Source of the DNA: Camelus ferus
Lineage: Eukaryota
Reading direction: 5' to 3'
Length of the DNA: 64,000 nt
NCBI RefSeq assembly: GCF_009834535.1
Contig: NC_045696.1
Coordinates: 930,001 to 994,000 of the forward strand
Both the position numbers and the translations under genes were made by a program. Within the stretch, counting starts at the first letter, position 1, and each line of letters begins with the position of its first letter. The notes under the pieces were generated by a model that had not been told where the DNA came from, did no database searches, and saw only the letters and a program-made list of their open reading frames with translations. Of this stretch, positions 12,821 through 24,692 are shown in pieces.

Positions 12821-15800
12821 TTGGAAGAGGCAGAAGGAAGCTGCCCTGGGTTTCCTTCAACAAAACAGATGTCAAAGAATAACTTGGGTTAAGTGTGCAG
12901 GTGATGGGGCCAAAGAACTAGTTCAGATGCTCCTAACAAAAACACCAACAATCCAAAGCTTCATTTAATGCACAACTTACTATCATGTGGAAGAATTTCT
13001 ATATCACAAGTGACACCCATTATTTTTAACTGCTAGCCTGTGGGGCAACTCTAAAGTAACAGACAAAATTAACCTCAAGAGAAATAAAGGATTTATCTAA
13101 AATGATTTACAAAGATTTGTCCTCAAAATTATAGACAAGAGAGTAGATGTTGGTCCAAGGCAGGAATGCCTGGCAACTGCCCACCAGCCCTACCACATAC
13201 TCAGATAGTTCCAGTCCCTCTCCAGGAAGACTGGGAAGCACCATGTGGTGAGGATGAGGGATGTTACAATCAACCCAGTTTACGGAAAAACAAATTGCCT
13301 CTGCGTACAAATATACGCATATGTTATAATAAAGAATGCCTTTTTTAGAGAGTGCTTGTTAAGCAAACAGGGACTTATTTAATTTCTTCAATGGTTTGTT
13401 ACTCGATGTCCATACTTTAGCAAGAAAATTCCCACCTGGGGCTAAGGAGACTAAAGCGAAGGAAGTGTTAACTCAGCACAATTACCACTTTAAAATGAAA
13501 GAAAGAAAGAAATATTAACATGGCTTGAGTTTTTAAAAGGCATGCTTCCGTTCAGGCTCAATAGAACTCACCTGTTCAACTCTTCTTTAATAGTCTGAAT
13601 TATTAAATTCATTTTAAAACTCCAAAAAGCACTCACACTGGAAAGGAAATTTGAGACAAAGAAACAGAAATCCACACATTCAGCACCATGGACAGTAGAC
13701 CCCACCACTTGCTTGCCGCCAGGGCTGAGAGCTAAGAGACACCAGAGCCTCCCCCAAAATCTACAGTATCCTTTCTAATGTTTAACTTGGGGTGATTACA
13801 ATACATTAGCAGGTATTTTTCTTTGTTATTGCTCAAAGGACAGCCTTCTTCACCAAAGGGGTATACAACTTTTACCTACCAAGATCGGCTTCAGTGATTA
13901 CTTTTATAATAAAGCCCTGAGATATCTGTGAAAATAGGAATGACTTTACCATTGACACATGGCTGGAGGTCCATGAAATGGCTACAGGTCCAGGAACTGA
14001 AACTGTTGAAACAGAAACACAGCGTCCAGCCTTGAATGGCTAGACTGTTTCAAGGACCTCATGGGACTTTTGCAAACACAAACACAGCATGCTGTCAGCC
14101 TTCCTCGAACATCAGGGGGAAAGATAGTTTCTTTCTAAATAAAATGAACCCATGTGTTGAAATTTTCTCATGAATAGCCTCAAAATGTAATCATAAAGCT
14201 ATGTATTTCTAACCCTGAGTATTAATAAATATATGTAGAAAAGTGATGTTCTGAAGTCCAATATCACCACCACCTGTGGCAATACCAGTCACAAGCCCTA
14301 AATTCTACACAGGATATCCAATCTTTTCAGTTAAAACAAAACAAAACAAAACAAAACAACTCCTTTTACCATCAAATCTTTTTTCAAAACCTTATAATAT
14401 TGGGTATTAACTGACTCAGAAAATGCATGAAGTTATATAAATTCTAACACACTTGTAATGAACATTGCACTGTATAAACAGCAGCATCTACATGCAAGAG
14501 TAAAGCATCAGTGCTTGGAAGTGACCAGTGTCAGTTAGTCCAGCGATTGCATCTCTATTTGAAGACCCCTTGGTTTCTGATGGATCTCCAAGTCTGAACA
14601 CATCCCCTACAACTACTCCAGCTCCCCCGATGTGAGGATTAGTGAGAGATCTTTTGGGATCTTGCCAACGATCCGTCCAGAGTGTCACCGTTCTGCGAAC
14701 CGTCACCTTGGACCAAAATACACGTCTCTGAGACATTTTAATATGATGAATTGTTCTTGTGTACAAAGGGACTGGAAGTCAGTTGTCTTCAATAGGGAAG
14801 CACCCTTGCACATTTCCTTTGGTTCGCAATTCTAAAGCCAAGTTCGAGAAAAGGGACAACAGTTAACCCCCTGAAAGCAAGTAAATTTCAGAAGGATGTG
14901 GGAGGGCCTGTGTCAGAGGAACAGTGTGAGCTGGAGGGTCTGTTCATCACCCAGTCTACTCTGCAAAGGTCTCTCATCAAGGTCCTACTACCCCAGGATT
15001 CCTTTTGGTGAATCACACATCCTAAGTCCTCATCAACGCAGAGCGCTGTTAGCTCACACGCAGGGCCAAAGAGACCCAGAAGTCCGTGCTACCTCAGAGG
15101 AAGGTGGGAGGGAGATAATCAACCCCAGGAACAGGATTTAGGACCGGACTTTTTGTTAACTTTCAAAATTTGTTATGCAAGTAATATACTTCAGAGTAGT
15201 AAGGGGGGAAGTATTAACACTACCAGGCAAAAATAATAATAATAGTAATAAACACTTTCAGTCAACGATACGTCCAGAGCAGAACACTGGTGGGAACAGT
15301 AAGTGGAAACACTTTTTGACCCACCCCCAAATAAAAGAAGAAAATACAGTGGCCGAAAGGGAGGAACCTGCCCCCGCCCCATCTAACCTGCTCCTGGCGC
15401 CGACGCAGGGTCAGCAGGCAGATGAGCCCCTGCGTGGCGGGGGGGGGGGGGGCGCACAAAGGCACCGGCACACGTCCCCTTCCCCCGCGGCGCGCGGCTC
15501 GGGGGGCGCGGGCGCCGTCGCCGCCCTCCGTGCGCGCTGCTTCCCGCCCTCCGTCCCGCCCGCCCCGAGCCGCGCGCGGAGGTCATGTTTTCCTCAGAAC
15601 GTTCCTCAGTCAGACGCGACGAAACTTAGACCGTTTTGAAATTTAAGCTTCATAAAGTCCAGAGCAAAATCGTGGCGGATGTCTACTGACAAGCAAGCCC
15701 GACGCCCTGTTTTCGAGAGCACAGTTCTTGTTTACAACTTCAGGGTTTGGGGCGGGGGTGGGGAGCCGGGGTGGCCGAGGCGGGGTCCGCGTTCCGCCCA

Positions 15801-16039
15801 AGCCACGTACCGCTTCATTCTTAAACCCTCCCCGCGTCCGCTTTCCGCCCGGCTCGGCTGTCTCCGGGGCTCGCAGCCTCTGCCCCGGCGCTACCTTGAG
15901 GAGGGGGCGCTCCGGGGGCCCGCGGGGCCCGCCCGGACCCCGCCCCGCCCCGCCCGGCCCCGCCGGCGACCCCGCTGCCGCCCAAGTTGGTCCGGGCCGG
16001 GCGGGGGTCCTCCGGGCTCAAGGCCGGGCGCGGTCGGGC

Positions 16040-16325
16040 CGGGACCTGCGCCCCCTGCCCGGCCCGGACCCCGGCCCCGGCCACGGACCTCCGACCACCG
16101 GCCTCGACCCCCGGCCTCGACCCCCGGCTCAACCTCGACCCCAACCCGGGCCCCGGCCCCGGCGTGACCCCCCATCTCCCGCCCGGATCCCAATCCGGAC
16201 CCCGACCCCCGACGCTCGACCCCGATCCCTGGCCCCGACCCCGGCTCACCCCGGCCCGGACCCTGACCCCCGATCCGGAGCAGGACCCGGGCTGGGACCC
16301 CGATTCCCCGCCTCCGATCCCTGGC
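16040..16325. repeat. Degenerate hexamer-like repeat (CCCCGG/CCCCGA/CCTCGA) at the start of the putative intron 1
   Basis: Runs such as ccggccccggccacgg, ctcgacccccggcctcgacccccgg and cccgacccccgacgctcgaccccgatccc. Confidence 0.75.
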
Positions 16326-16348
16326 CCTGCAGGCGACCACTCACTCAC

Positions 16349-16535
16349 CTGTCCCTCGACAGAGGGCGTGTCCGCAGGCTGACGGCGGGCGGCCGGGGCG
16401 GGGCCGGGGGGGTGGGAACGGGGCGATCCCTGCGGCGGCGGAGCCTGAGGAGACCGAGCCTGAGGCGACTGAGGCGTTTGAGACGGCGGTAGCTGCTCCT
16501 TGCGCTCCAGGCGAGGCGCTGCGCGCGGCGCGGTC
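16349..16535 (-). other. Putative non-coding first exon (5'UTR) of a minus-strand gene; identity unverified (PCBP3 is a context-based guess)
   Basis: Perfect donor CAG|GTGAGTGAGT with the exon ending at 16349. There is no ATG on the minus strand between ~16535 and the donor. It lies just downstream of a CCAAT/GC-box cluster. The TSS position is inferred, not seen. Confidence 0.7.
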
Positions 16536-17030
16536 CCGCCCCCTCTGCGCCGCTGACCAATCCCGGGCCGAGCTCCGCCGCTGGCCCCGCCCCCGACCAG
16601 GAGCAGGGCCTCGCCGAAGCGGGCGCCGCGGGCCAATCCGATGGCGGAACGGCGACGGGCTCGGCCAATCGGAGCTCGGCAACCTCTTCGGAAAGAAACC
16701 AATTAGCGAGGCTGGGGCGGGGCGGGGCCTTGGGTGGGTCACCATGGGGGCGGAGCCAGAGCCGGGCGGAACCCCATGCCCGAGGGGGAGGGGAAAGTCA
16801 ATGGAATGGGGCGGGGCCTGGGACGGGAGTGTCACCAGCCGGGGCGGGGCGAGGGCGGGGCAAGAGGGAGGGATCTCAAGTAGGGGGGGGGGGGCGGGTC
16901 CCAGAACAGGGAGGGGGGCGGGCCAAGGCAAGGTGAGGCCACCAGTGGGGGCGTGGCCTGGGGCGGGTCTCCGGACTGAGGAGGTGGGGACAAGGGGAGG
17001 GTTGTCAGGTGGGGAACGGGCGGGTCCCTA
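16530..17030 (-). promoter_or_regulatory. TATA-less core/proximal promoter: four CCAAT (NF-Y) boxes plus multiple Sp/KLF GC boxes
   Basis: CCAAT at 16557, 16633, 16665 and 16699 (plus strand). GGGGCGGGG or its complement at ~16585, 16714-16727, ~16808, ~16841 and further upstream. Confidence 0.8.
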
Positions 17031-20000
17031 CAGGGGCGTGGTTGTGGCCTGGGCGGTCGTACTCCGGAGGAGACCAGCACCAGCGAGGATGCGCGCCAGC
17101 CCCCGCCTCTCCCGGAGGACGGGGTCCCGCGATGGTCGTGGCCCCACCGATCACGAGCCGGACCCCAGTCTGTCCCGATCCCTCAGCAGGTGCCCTTTCT
17201 CCCTCCAGCGCTGTGGAATCCGTGAATCCCACCGCCGTCTCCGGCTGCCCGCCCCGCAGGATGCGGTGGGCTTGTCCATAGACGTTCGCAGGTGCCTAGT
17301 CAGCACACCTGTCCGCAGGTGACCGGAGGGGACCGAGAATGTCTAGGGTGTTTTTGTTCCGTAACCCTTTCTCCTTATCTCTTGGACTGCGTTCTGCTTT
17401 GGTTTTTTTCTATTATGCTCATTTTCCAGGCACGGAACCTGCGTGTCCCGTCCGTGCGTTGCGGCTATTCTTAGCGTGGAATTGTTTCTTGCAGCGCAGT
17501 TTCTCAAGGCTCGAGCCAGGTCACAGGCACCGAGGCGTGGGGCCGGGCAGCAGGGCGGGGCGGGGTTCTGCGAAGTTGCCCTCTCAGCCCATAGCTGGAT
17601 CCCTCTACCGACCTGCCAGCGGGGCAGTGGAGGGAGAGGGGCAGGGACGGCCCTCAGCCTTGCCCAGCCTCCTTAGGCCTTGGGGCAAGAGGAGGGGTCA
17701 GCTGGGTGGCCAGACACCTCCAGGACGGTGGAACTCCAGCCCCCAGCTCTCAGGTCACCAGGGCAGGGCTTGGGGACTGGCTTGGGGATACAGCTTTGCT
17801 CTCTGCAGGCAGTCCTTCTCATGGTCTCATGGGCATCGTTTGCCCCTGGACTAATGCAGGTGGCGCTTCCCAGGCCTCTCCTCTGTGAACTCCTTTGTGG
17901 GCTGGTGGCCTGGCAGTAGGAGGCCCACCCACTCACAGGTCACTGTTATGACCCCTTCTTTTTACGGCAGCACCAGAAATGACCATAGCACCTCACTACA
18001 GCACACAAGGGACTCCACCGGCCCCCAGAAGCAGGCGGAGCTGGCCAACACTCTGTCCACACCAGACACAGGGCAGCCATCAGTGAGAGCACAGGGCTGG
18101 GTCAGGACCAGCTGTGTGCTGGTTCATTTGTCCTCAAGTGTTGCTTGTGTGATTCAAAGACAACCTTTAACAAAGAAAGGGCGGGACTGGAGAGTAGAAA
18201 GGCTGTGGGCAGGGTCCACATCAGCCCTGGGAGAAGCGGGAATGCTACCAGCATCTGGGGTGAGTCCTTCCTAAGAAGAGGGTCTCGGAGGCTGGGGCCT
18301 GGGAGCCCATCCCAGCAGTGCAGGTGGCTCCTGTCACGTTCCATCCGGAGGCCAGAGCAGGGGTGGGGGTGAGGCAGAGCACCCTCAGCACCCCTCACCA
18401 GATTACAGGCTGCCAGCCGCCCACTCCTCCATCCTCTCTGGGCGCTCTCAGCCTCTCGGCTGCCTTCATCGCCTCCTGAGACACAGTTAGTCATTAGGAA
18501 GTAATGATAGTGTTTTCGGGACAGCACATTGGACCCTAACAACTTCCAATTATTTCCAGTTCCTGCCAGCCCTGGAGAGAAAAAAGCAGCTCATCTTGTG
18601 CCTCCGCCCTTGACACACAAGACAATCCACGTCCGCTGGTGTCTTATCACAGAGTAGCCAATCTCTGAAAGCCAGGCTTCTGAGGGGAGCGCCCCCACCC
18701 CCCACCACAGCAGCTCGGCCTGGAGCAGGTCTGGGCTCCTCCCCTCTCAATGGGACCACCCTGCCTCCAACCCTCTACGCATGGTGTCTTGTGGGCCCCA
18801 CCCCCTCGCCCAGTACCCTGGATGTGCATTGGCAGACCTCTAGATCTGTCACTGCCCCGTCCTTCCTTCCCCTGAGAAGCACACCCAGAGACCCGCGTTT
18901 ATAAATAACTCCCTGGTGTCTTGCTGGGGGCCCGGGAGTGGGGAGGGGAGGGGCTGTGCAATTATCATCCGCTTGGAATGATATCAGATCAAGCCCTGGG
19001 AAGTCTCACAGCACTCGGCTTTCCTGAGTGTCACACACATCCCAGCCACCGGAGAGCTGGGGCTCAGCCTGAAACACAAGGACACAGCTTACCTAGTGGA
19101 GCCCTGGATGTCACTGCTAAAATCCCCGTCACAAAACGCTGAGGCAGGAGGCCTTCTTTCTTAGAACCACACCTCCTTTCCTATGAGACGCCACTGTCCT
19201 CACAAAAAGCTGCCGGGGAAGGCGAGGCTGGGTCTATGAGCGCAGAGGTGACTGTGGCAGCCAAGGGATGGGGTGGACATCAGGGAGCAGGTAAAACACG
19301 CCCTGCACCTGCGGCCCTGGGCGGGGTGTGCCCAGGCTGCAGGCGCGGGCGCGCCCCTTGTGACATCAGAGCCACCTGCCCTACCCCACCCCACTGCTGG
19401 AGCATCTGACTGATGTGATGAGGCCCCTGTGCCTTCCACCACCTTACTGAAGAAGCAGCTCCCGGGTGGTCGTCAGCCACGTCCCTGGTCTGTGACTGCA
19501 GGAGGAGGTTGAGCCTGCCCAGAGGCAGAGCTCAGGTGCCCCAGCTCAGATGATATGATGGCTGGAAGTGTGCTCCAGAAGGAGAGGTGAGCGTGGATGG
19601 AGCATCCAAGTGAGACAGAGAGAGAAGGGTTTGAGCGCAGGGGGCCGCAGCCAGCCAGGACTCAAACTTGCCTCTTTGGGGCTGGTCAGCGGACCCACAC
19701 CCTACGGCAGCCCTGCTTACTGAGCGTCTCCCGGACCCACAGTCACCTCATACCTGGGCACACCTTACAACGCCCAGCAGCCACCCTGAGGATATGAGGG
19801 GCCGGCAGTGATAGCAGTCCTTATCATAGACACGAAAATTTACCCCACTGTTGCGAAGCTGGGTTCAGACCATGCATGGAACCAGGGGCTCTGAACCCCA
19901 AAGGACACACACGCCAGCCGTGAGCAGGGGTCTTGCTTGCACCTGCAGGGACATGCCAGCCCATCAGATCAGGTTTTATCTTGAAATAAGCATGGCTGCA

Positions 20001-20181
20001 CTCCACAGTCCACCATGGATGGGGCTGGGGGCTCACCCAGCACTCTCCTCACCCCCCTCTACCCCAGGCGCTGGAGTCTACTGCCTGCACCCTTCAGACT
20101 AGAGCAGAGGAGGCTCAGCTGCCCTGTACAGCACCTCCAGTTCAGACAGCGCAGGCTCAGGGGCCACTGAGCCACTTCCAG

Positions 20182-20507
20182 CAGAGCCAGAAAGACAGAC
20201 AGACAGAGAGACCCTGAGACAGACAGACACACTGAGACAGGCAGACAGGCAGAGAGACACTGAGATAGACACAGAGACATGAGAGAGACAGAGAGACACT
20301 GAGACAGACACAGAGCCAGACAGACAGACAGACACAGAGCCAGCCAGACAGACAGACACAGAGCCAGACAGAGAGACAGAGAGAGCGAGACACAGCAACA
20401 CAGAGCCAGACAGACACAGAGACACAGAGACACTGAGATAGTGACAGAGACAGAGAGACAGAGAGAGCGAGACACAGCGACACAGAGACAGAGTGAGAGA
20501 GGGAGAA
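20182..20507. repeat. Degenerate GACA/GAGA (agacagagagacac) low-complexity tandem repeat
   Basis: About 325 bp made almost entirely of acag, agag and acac units. Confidence 0.9.
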
Positions 20508-23500
20508 CAGCTCCAGCCCCCAGGTCCTCCAGCCTCTCCCCCGCCCCCAGCCCCTGCTGAGAGCAGAGACCCTGACTTTTCTTTCTCCTTTGCTCTGTCA
20601 ACAAGAGACATCTGGCCTTTTGCCCCTGAAAAGAAGCCCCACCTCTGCACACACTGCCCCGAGCAGCGGTGGCTTCACGGTTCATCCAGACTTGCCTTTT
20701 TATTTTGGGAGACTTTCAGAGCCCAGACCCCACCCCTTCACCCGCGCCTCCCAGCCCTGAGGTCTCCTTGAGAAGTCCCCCTTGTTCTGGCCGCCAGCGC
20801 GCTCCCTCCCCCCACACAGGGCTCAGCATCACAGGACAGGCTCCACTGCTCCGCTGCCCATCCCCGCCGCTGCGTCTCCCTCGGTCCCTCCGTCCTGCTG
20901 AGGTTCTGTCGGAAACGACCCTTCTTCATCCACGGCGTCTTTTGCTAAGGCTCACGTGAAACTTCTCTGTTCACATAAATAGTCGTCTCTAATTAACACC
21001 AGTGGAGACAAATCTAAACATGCAGACCTGTTTAGTTGAATATTCTGTCGCAGAAAGCGAGCGAGGGGGCAGGCCTGACCCCAGCCCCTCTGTGTGTGGG
21101 CCCCAGCCTTCTGAGGACGCTCCCTGCCCTCGTCTTCCACTAGCACCACCTTCCGCTTTATTGGTCTTTGACACCTGCCCTTCAGGACCTCTGACGAGTT
21201 TTAAGGTGAAAGTTCAAGAATGTTAGTGTTGAGAAATTACCACTAAAAATTATATTAATGGGGGAAAAACCCTTGTTGTGCGGAGACCATAAACTGACCT
21301 GGTTCCCAGAGGGGGTCTGTGTAGCCCCTCCCCCAATTACCTGCCAACTGTGGGGGAGGGGGAGTGAGGCGCTGAGGGTCTGCAAACCCACAAACAAAGG
21401 CAAGGTGACTAGGAAATCATCCCAGGTCTCATGGGTGACCAGCTGCCTCTGTTGCACCCTCCGTCTCTCTCACTGTCTCTGTGGGCCCCCAAGATGAACA
21501 GCGGGGCCCACACTAGGCCATGGGAACAGGACCAGAGCCGCAGACAGTCTGCCAAGCAGGCACGTTGCAAAGGCAGGTCCCTTCCTCCTGCAAGCCCTCG
21601 TCCAGGCAAGCCCGAGGACCGTCCCTCCCTGAGCCACGCTTGGTGACCCGGCTCATGGCAGGTGGCCTCTCCCCCATCACTCTTGCTTCCTGCCGAGGAA
21701 AATCCTAAATCCTAGTCAGCCAGGCATGTCTCCTTTCCCACCTCCGCCTCGGGTTCCAGCTCCAGGGGTTGGGGGTGGAGGTGGAGGGGTCTCTGCTTTC
21801 ATGTGCCAGGCCCAGAGCCAGGGTGCCGAGAGCCTCGGACACAAGGGCCGAGGGCGGCTCCCTGGAGGACTCAGAGGACTGCTCAGCATGTCAGCCCTTC
21901 CCACACCGCTGCTCCTGCCGGCAGAGCACAGGGCCCACCCTCTTGTCTGTCCCTGGCTGGACGGGCCCAGAGGAGCTGCCGACACTTGCTCGGCTGCACG
22001 AATGCTCCACAGAGGAGCTTGTGAGCCACCCCAGTTGAAGCTCAGCAGACACCAGCGGGTGTCCCTGTGGGCACGAAGGTGCTGCTGTCACTGCTCTGTC
22101 TCTTTCTGGTCACTGACCCCTCGCATGGGGTCAGCGATGGCACGTGCTGGGCTCGAGAGCTGGCCGTGCCCAAACCACAAGAATGCGGTGTGAAGCCACA
22201 CTGCCGGCACCACTGCCATCCCTGGGCTCCCAGACAGACAGGATGGCACAGGCACGTGGGACGTGGAGGTGGTGATCCGGGTGACGAGGGAAGAGACTTG
22301 ACATTGTGTTTGCAAAGCTCTTTGCAGAAGGTGGTGCCGTGCTGAACGGAAGGTGTGAGTTTCAGGCCATCAGAGCTGCGGAGTCGCAGGCAGATGAGTG
22401 CAGGGGCCTCCACCCAGAGCAGATGGTCCCTGGGGGCCAGGCCTGAGCACATGCCGGGGGCTCAAGGGAGCCTCGAGGTCTAGACCCCACGTCATCTGCC
22501 TCCACACCCCACTGCCTCTCCCTCCACTGACACCCACAGTCTCCCAGCGGTTCTCGACGGTGAATGACAGGAGAGGAAACTCCAGCCTGAATGCAAACAG
22601 GCCAGCAGAATATGTTGGCGCCAGGTAGATGTGGGGACGCCTCTGGGTGGCCTGAGAGGTGGTGAGGGGAGGTCCTCCCAGCGGACAAACTATGAGTGCA
22701 ACACTAGCCATTCCGTTTACGTGCAATGGCAGGTGCCATGAGGTAGGGACAGGCACAGACTCGAGGCAAACACGGATGGCTTGGGGTGTCGATCCAGGAC
22801 ACTGCGGGTGGCCCCAAGAATTAGGGCCTGGTGCACAGGCATCCTTGTGCTTTGCATGGATACACGCCAGAACGCGTCTCCTGCCACGGGAGGACCAACA
22901 ACTAGGTGGGTGACGACTCCTCCGAGGGTCTCAGCCAGCTCTGCCCTCAGCTCGCCCGCTGCTTAGGCTGCTATCCCACGACAGAGGGCCATCGGAAGGG
23001 AGTGAAAGCCATGCAAGGTCCCTCATCATGTCTGTTCCAGTGACGTGGCCGCCAAGTGTCCAGCCTGCCAGTGGCACAGACCAGCCAGCTCCCAATGTGG
23101 CTCTGCCCTCTGGGGACATCTGCCAGCTTCATGGAGGCAGACGAGCTCCGGCAGCGCCTTCCACCTTGGAGGAGAGAGCGACGGCCCTTCCACACTGGTG
23201 TGTCAGCGGCGATGCTCCCTGGGGGTGGGTTTCCTCCCTTGTCCTCATGGTGGCTTCCGGCACCCTGTCCAGGGCTCACAGGATTCCCAGTCCTGTCTGC
23301 GGGAGATCGAAGGGGCCACCAGTCCTCTGACCCTCCTCCTGTCAAAAGGTGAGGTCTGCGTGCCTTCTCCTTGAACTGGGTAGGTCTCTGGACAAACAAG
23401 GAGTGACAGGAGTGACTCTGTGCCTGCTTCTGGCGCTAGGTCTGCAGTGGCTTCTAGTTCTTCTGTTTTGGAACGCTTGCTCAGGGGAAGCCAGCCTGGG

Positions 23501-24344
23501 GCCGCAGCGCTGTGCGATGCCAGGCTCGCCCACGGGGAGGCGGGGGAAATAGGCCCCGCAGCCCCAGCTGCCCCAGTGCTTCAGCCAGCGTGCGACTGCG
23601 CCTCTGATCCGTCACCCAGAGTGACACGTGCTGCTAAGCCTCAGATTCGGCATGGCCGATCCTGCTGCCCTGGACAGTCAGAACGGTGTTTCACGTGGCG
23701 TCATCTTGCACCACAAGGCCAATCTCTGGAGAAAGAAGCCATGAAAGTTGGCCCAGGACCCCGAATTCTCTGCTGTTACCACATGCCCATCACCCAGAAG
23801 CAGCCATCCTGATGAGAGTGACAGAAAGGCAGGCTCACGGCTCAGCCAAGATGCCAGCTCCGGGCCAGACCCTGCAGGACTCAGTCACCGGCCTCTAGTT
23901 GCAGGACTTGTGCAGGCACAATGGTCAGTAAACCATGCTGGGACCCTGTACCTTGAATACAGTCCCCAGGAACCATGCGTCTGGGGCATGGGCCCCTCTC
24001 CCCATGACCCCCGATGGGCCACTCACACGCTTAGTGCCTCCTGTCACTGCTGGGTGAGGAGTCCTGATTCCCAGGTCGGGGCCAGGGCATGCTCCCGCCA
24101 GCGTCTCCACTGGACGAGAAGCATGACTGCCATTCTGGCCACTCTGGGCTTCTCGGGCCAGTGGACAAGCAAGCAGAGGATGGACTTGTTGTGCAGGTGG
24201 GGTGCTGGGCCCGGATGCTGTGAAGGTCCAGTTTGCTGCCACCACCAGGAACAGGACGATACAACCCACTGTGGACAGGAAGGAAGGAATGAGAGAGAGG
24301 CAACGTTCAAAGAGAAAATGACCAAGAATTTTCCAGAACGGAAG

Positions 24345-24692
24345 ACGTCTTGGTCAGCTCAGCCATGGTAACACGGTACCACAAGCGTTCATGCTGTCAC
24401 AGTCCTGGAGCTGGACGTCTGAGGCACATGTGTCAGGAGGGTTGTCCCCTCCCGAGGCCCCTCTCCTGGGTATGCAGACAGCCGTCTTCCCCGTGTCCCC
24501 ACGTGGTCGGCCCCCGTGCACATCTGTGTCCTGATTTCTTCTTCTTTCTCTTTGGACTATGGCCCATCCTAATGGCCTCATTGTTCCTGAATTACCTCCT
24601 TAAAGACCTTGTCTCCAAACACAGTCCCATTCTGAGGTTCTGGGAGTTGGGTCTTCAGCGTATGAATTTGGGGACACAATTCAGACTATAAG
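24345..24692 (-). mobile_element. MaLR LTR (MLT1A/B-like)
   Basis: gaattacctccttaaagaccttgtctccaaacacagtcccattctgaggttctgggagttgggtcttcagcgtatgaatttggggacacaattcag. Confidence 0.8.

Larger units (their letters stand above)
15350..17600. promoter_or_regulatory. CpG island
   Basis: Very high GC and CpG density (many CGCG and GCGC) with an abrupt rise from the AT-rich flank at ~15350. Confidence 0.95.

Noticed and set aside
14488..14835. Overlapping short ORFs in unique sequence near the promoter
   Set aside because: No recognisable homology and no convincing flanking splice sites.
15679..17322. Long overlapping Pro/Gly/Arg/Ala-rich ORFs (up to 293 aa) across the CpG island
   Set aside because: They are open in several frames on both strands because GC-rich DNA lacks stop codons. 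They have low complexity and no recognisable domain.
20059..20685. ORFs rich in Cys/Leu/Ser/Val that look hydrophobic or membrane-like
   Set aside because: They are translations of the GACA/GAGA simple repeat.
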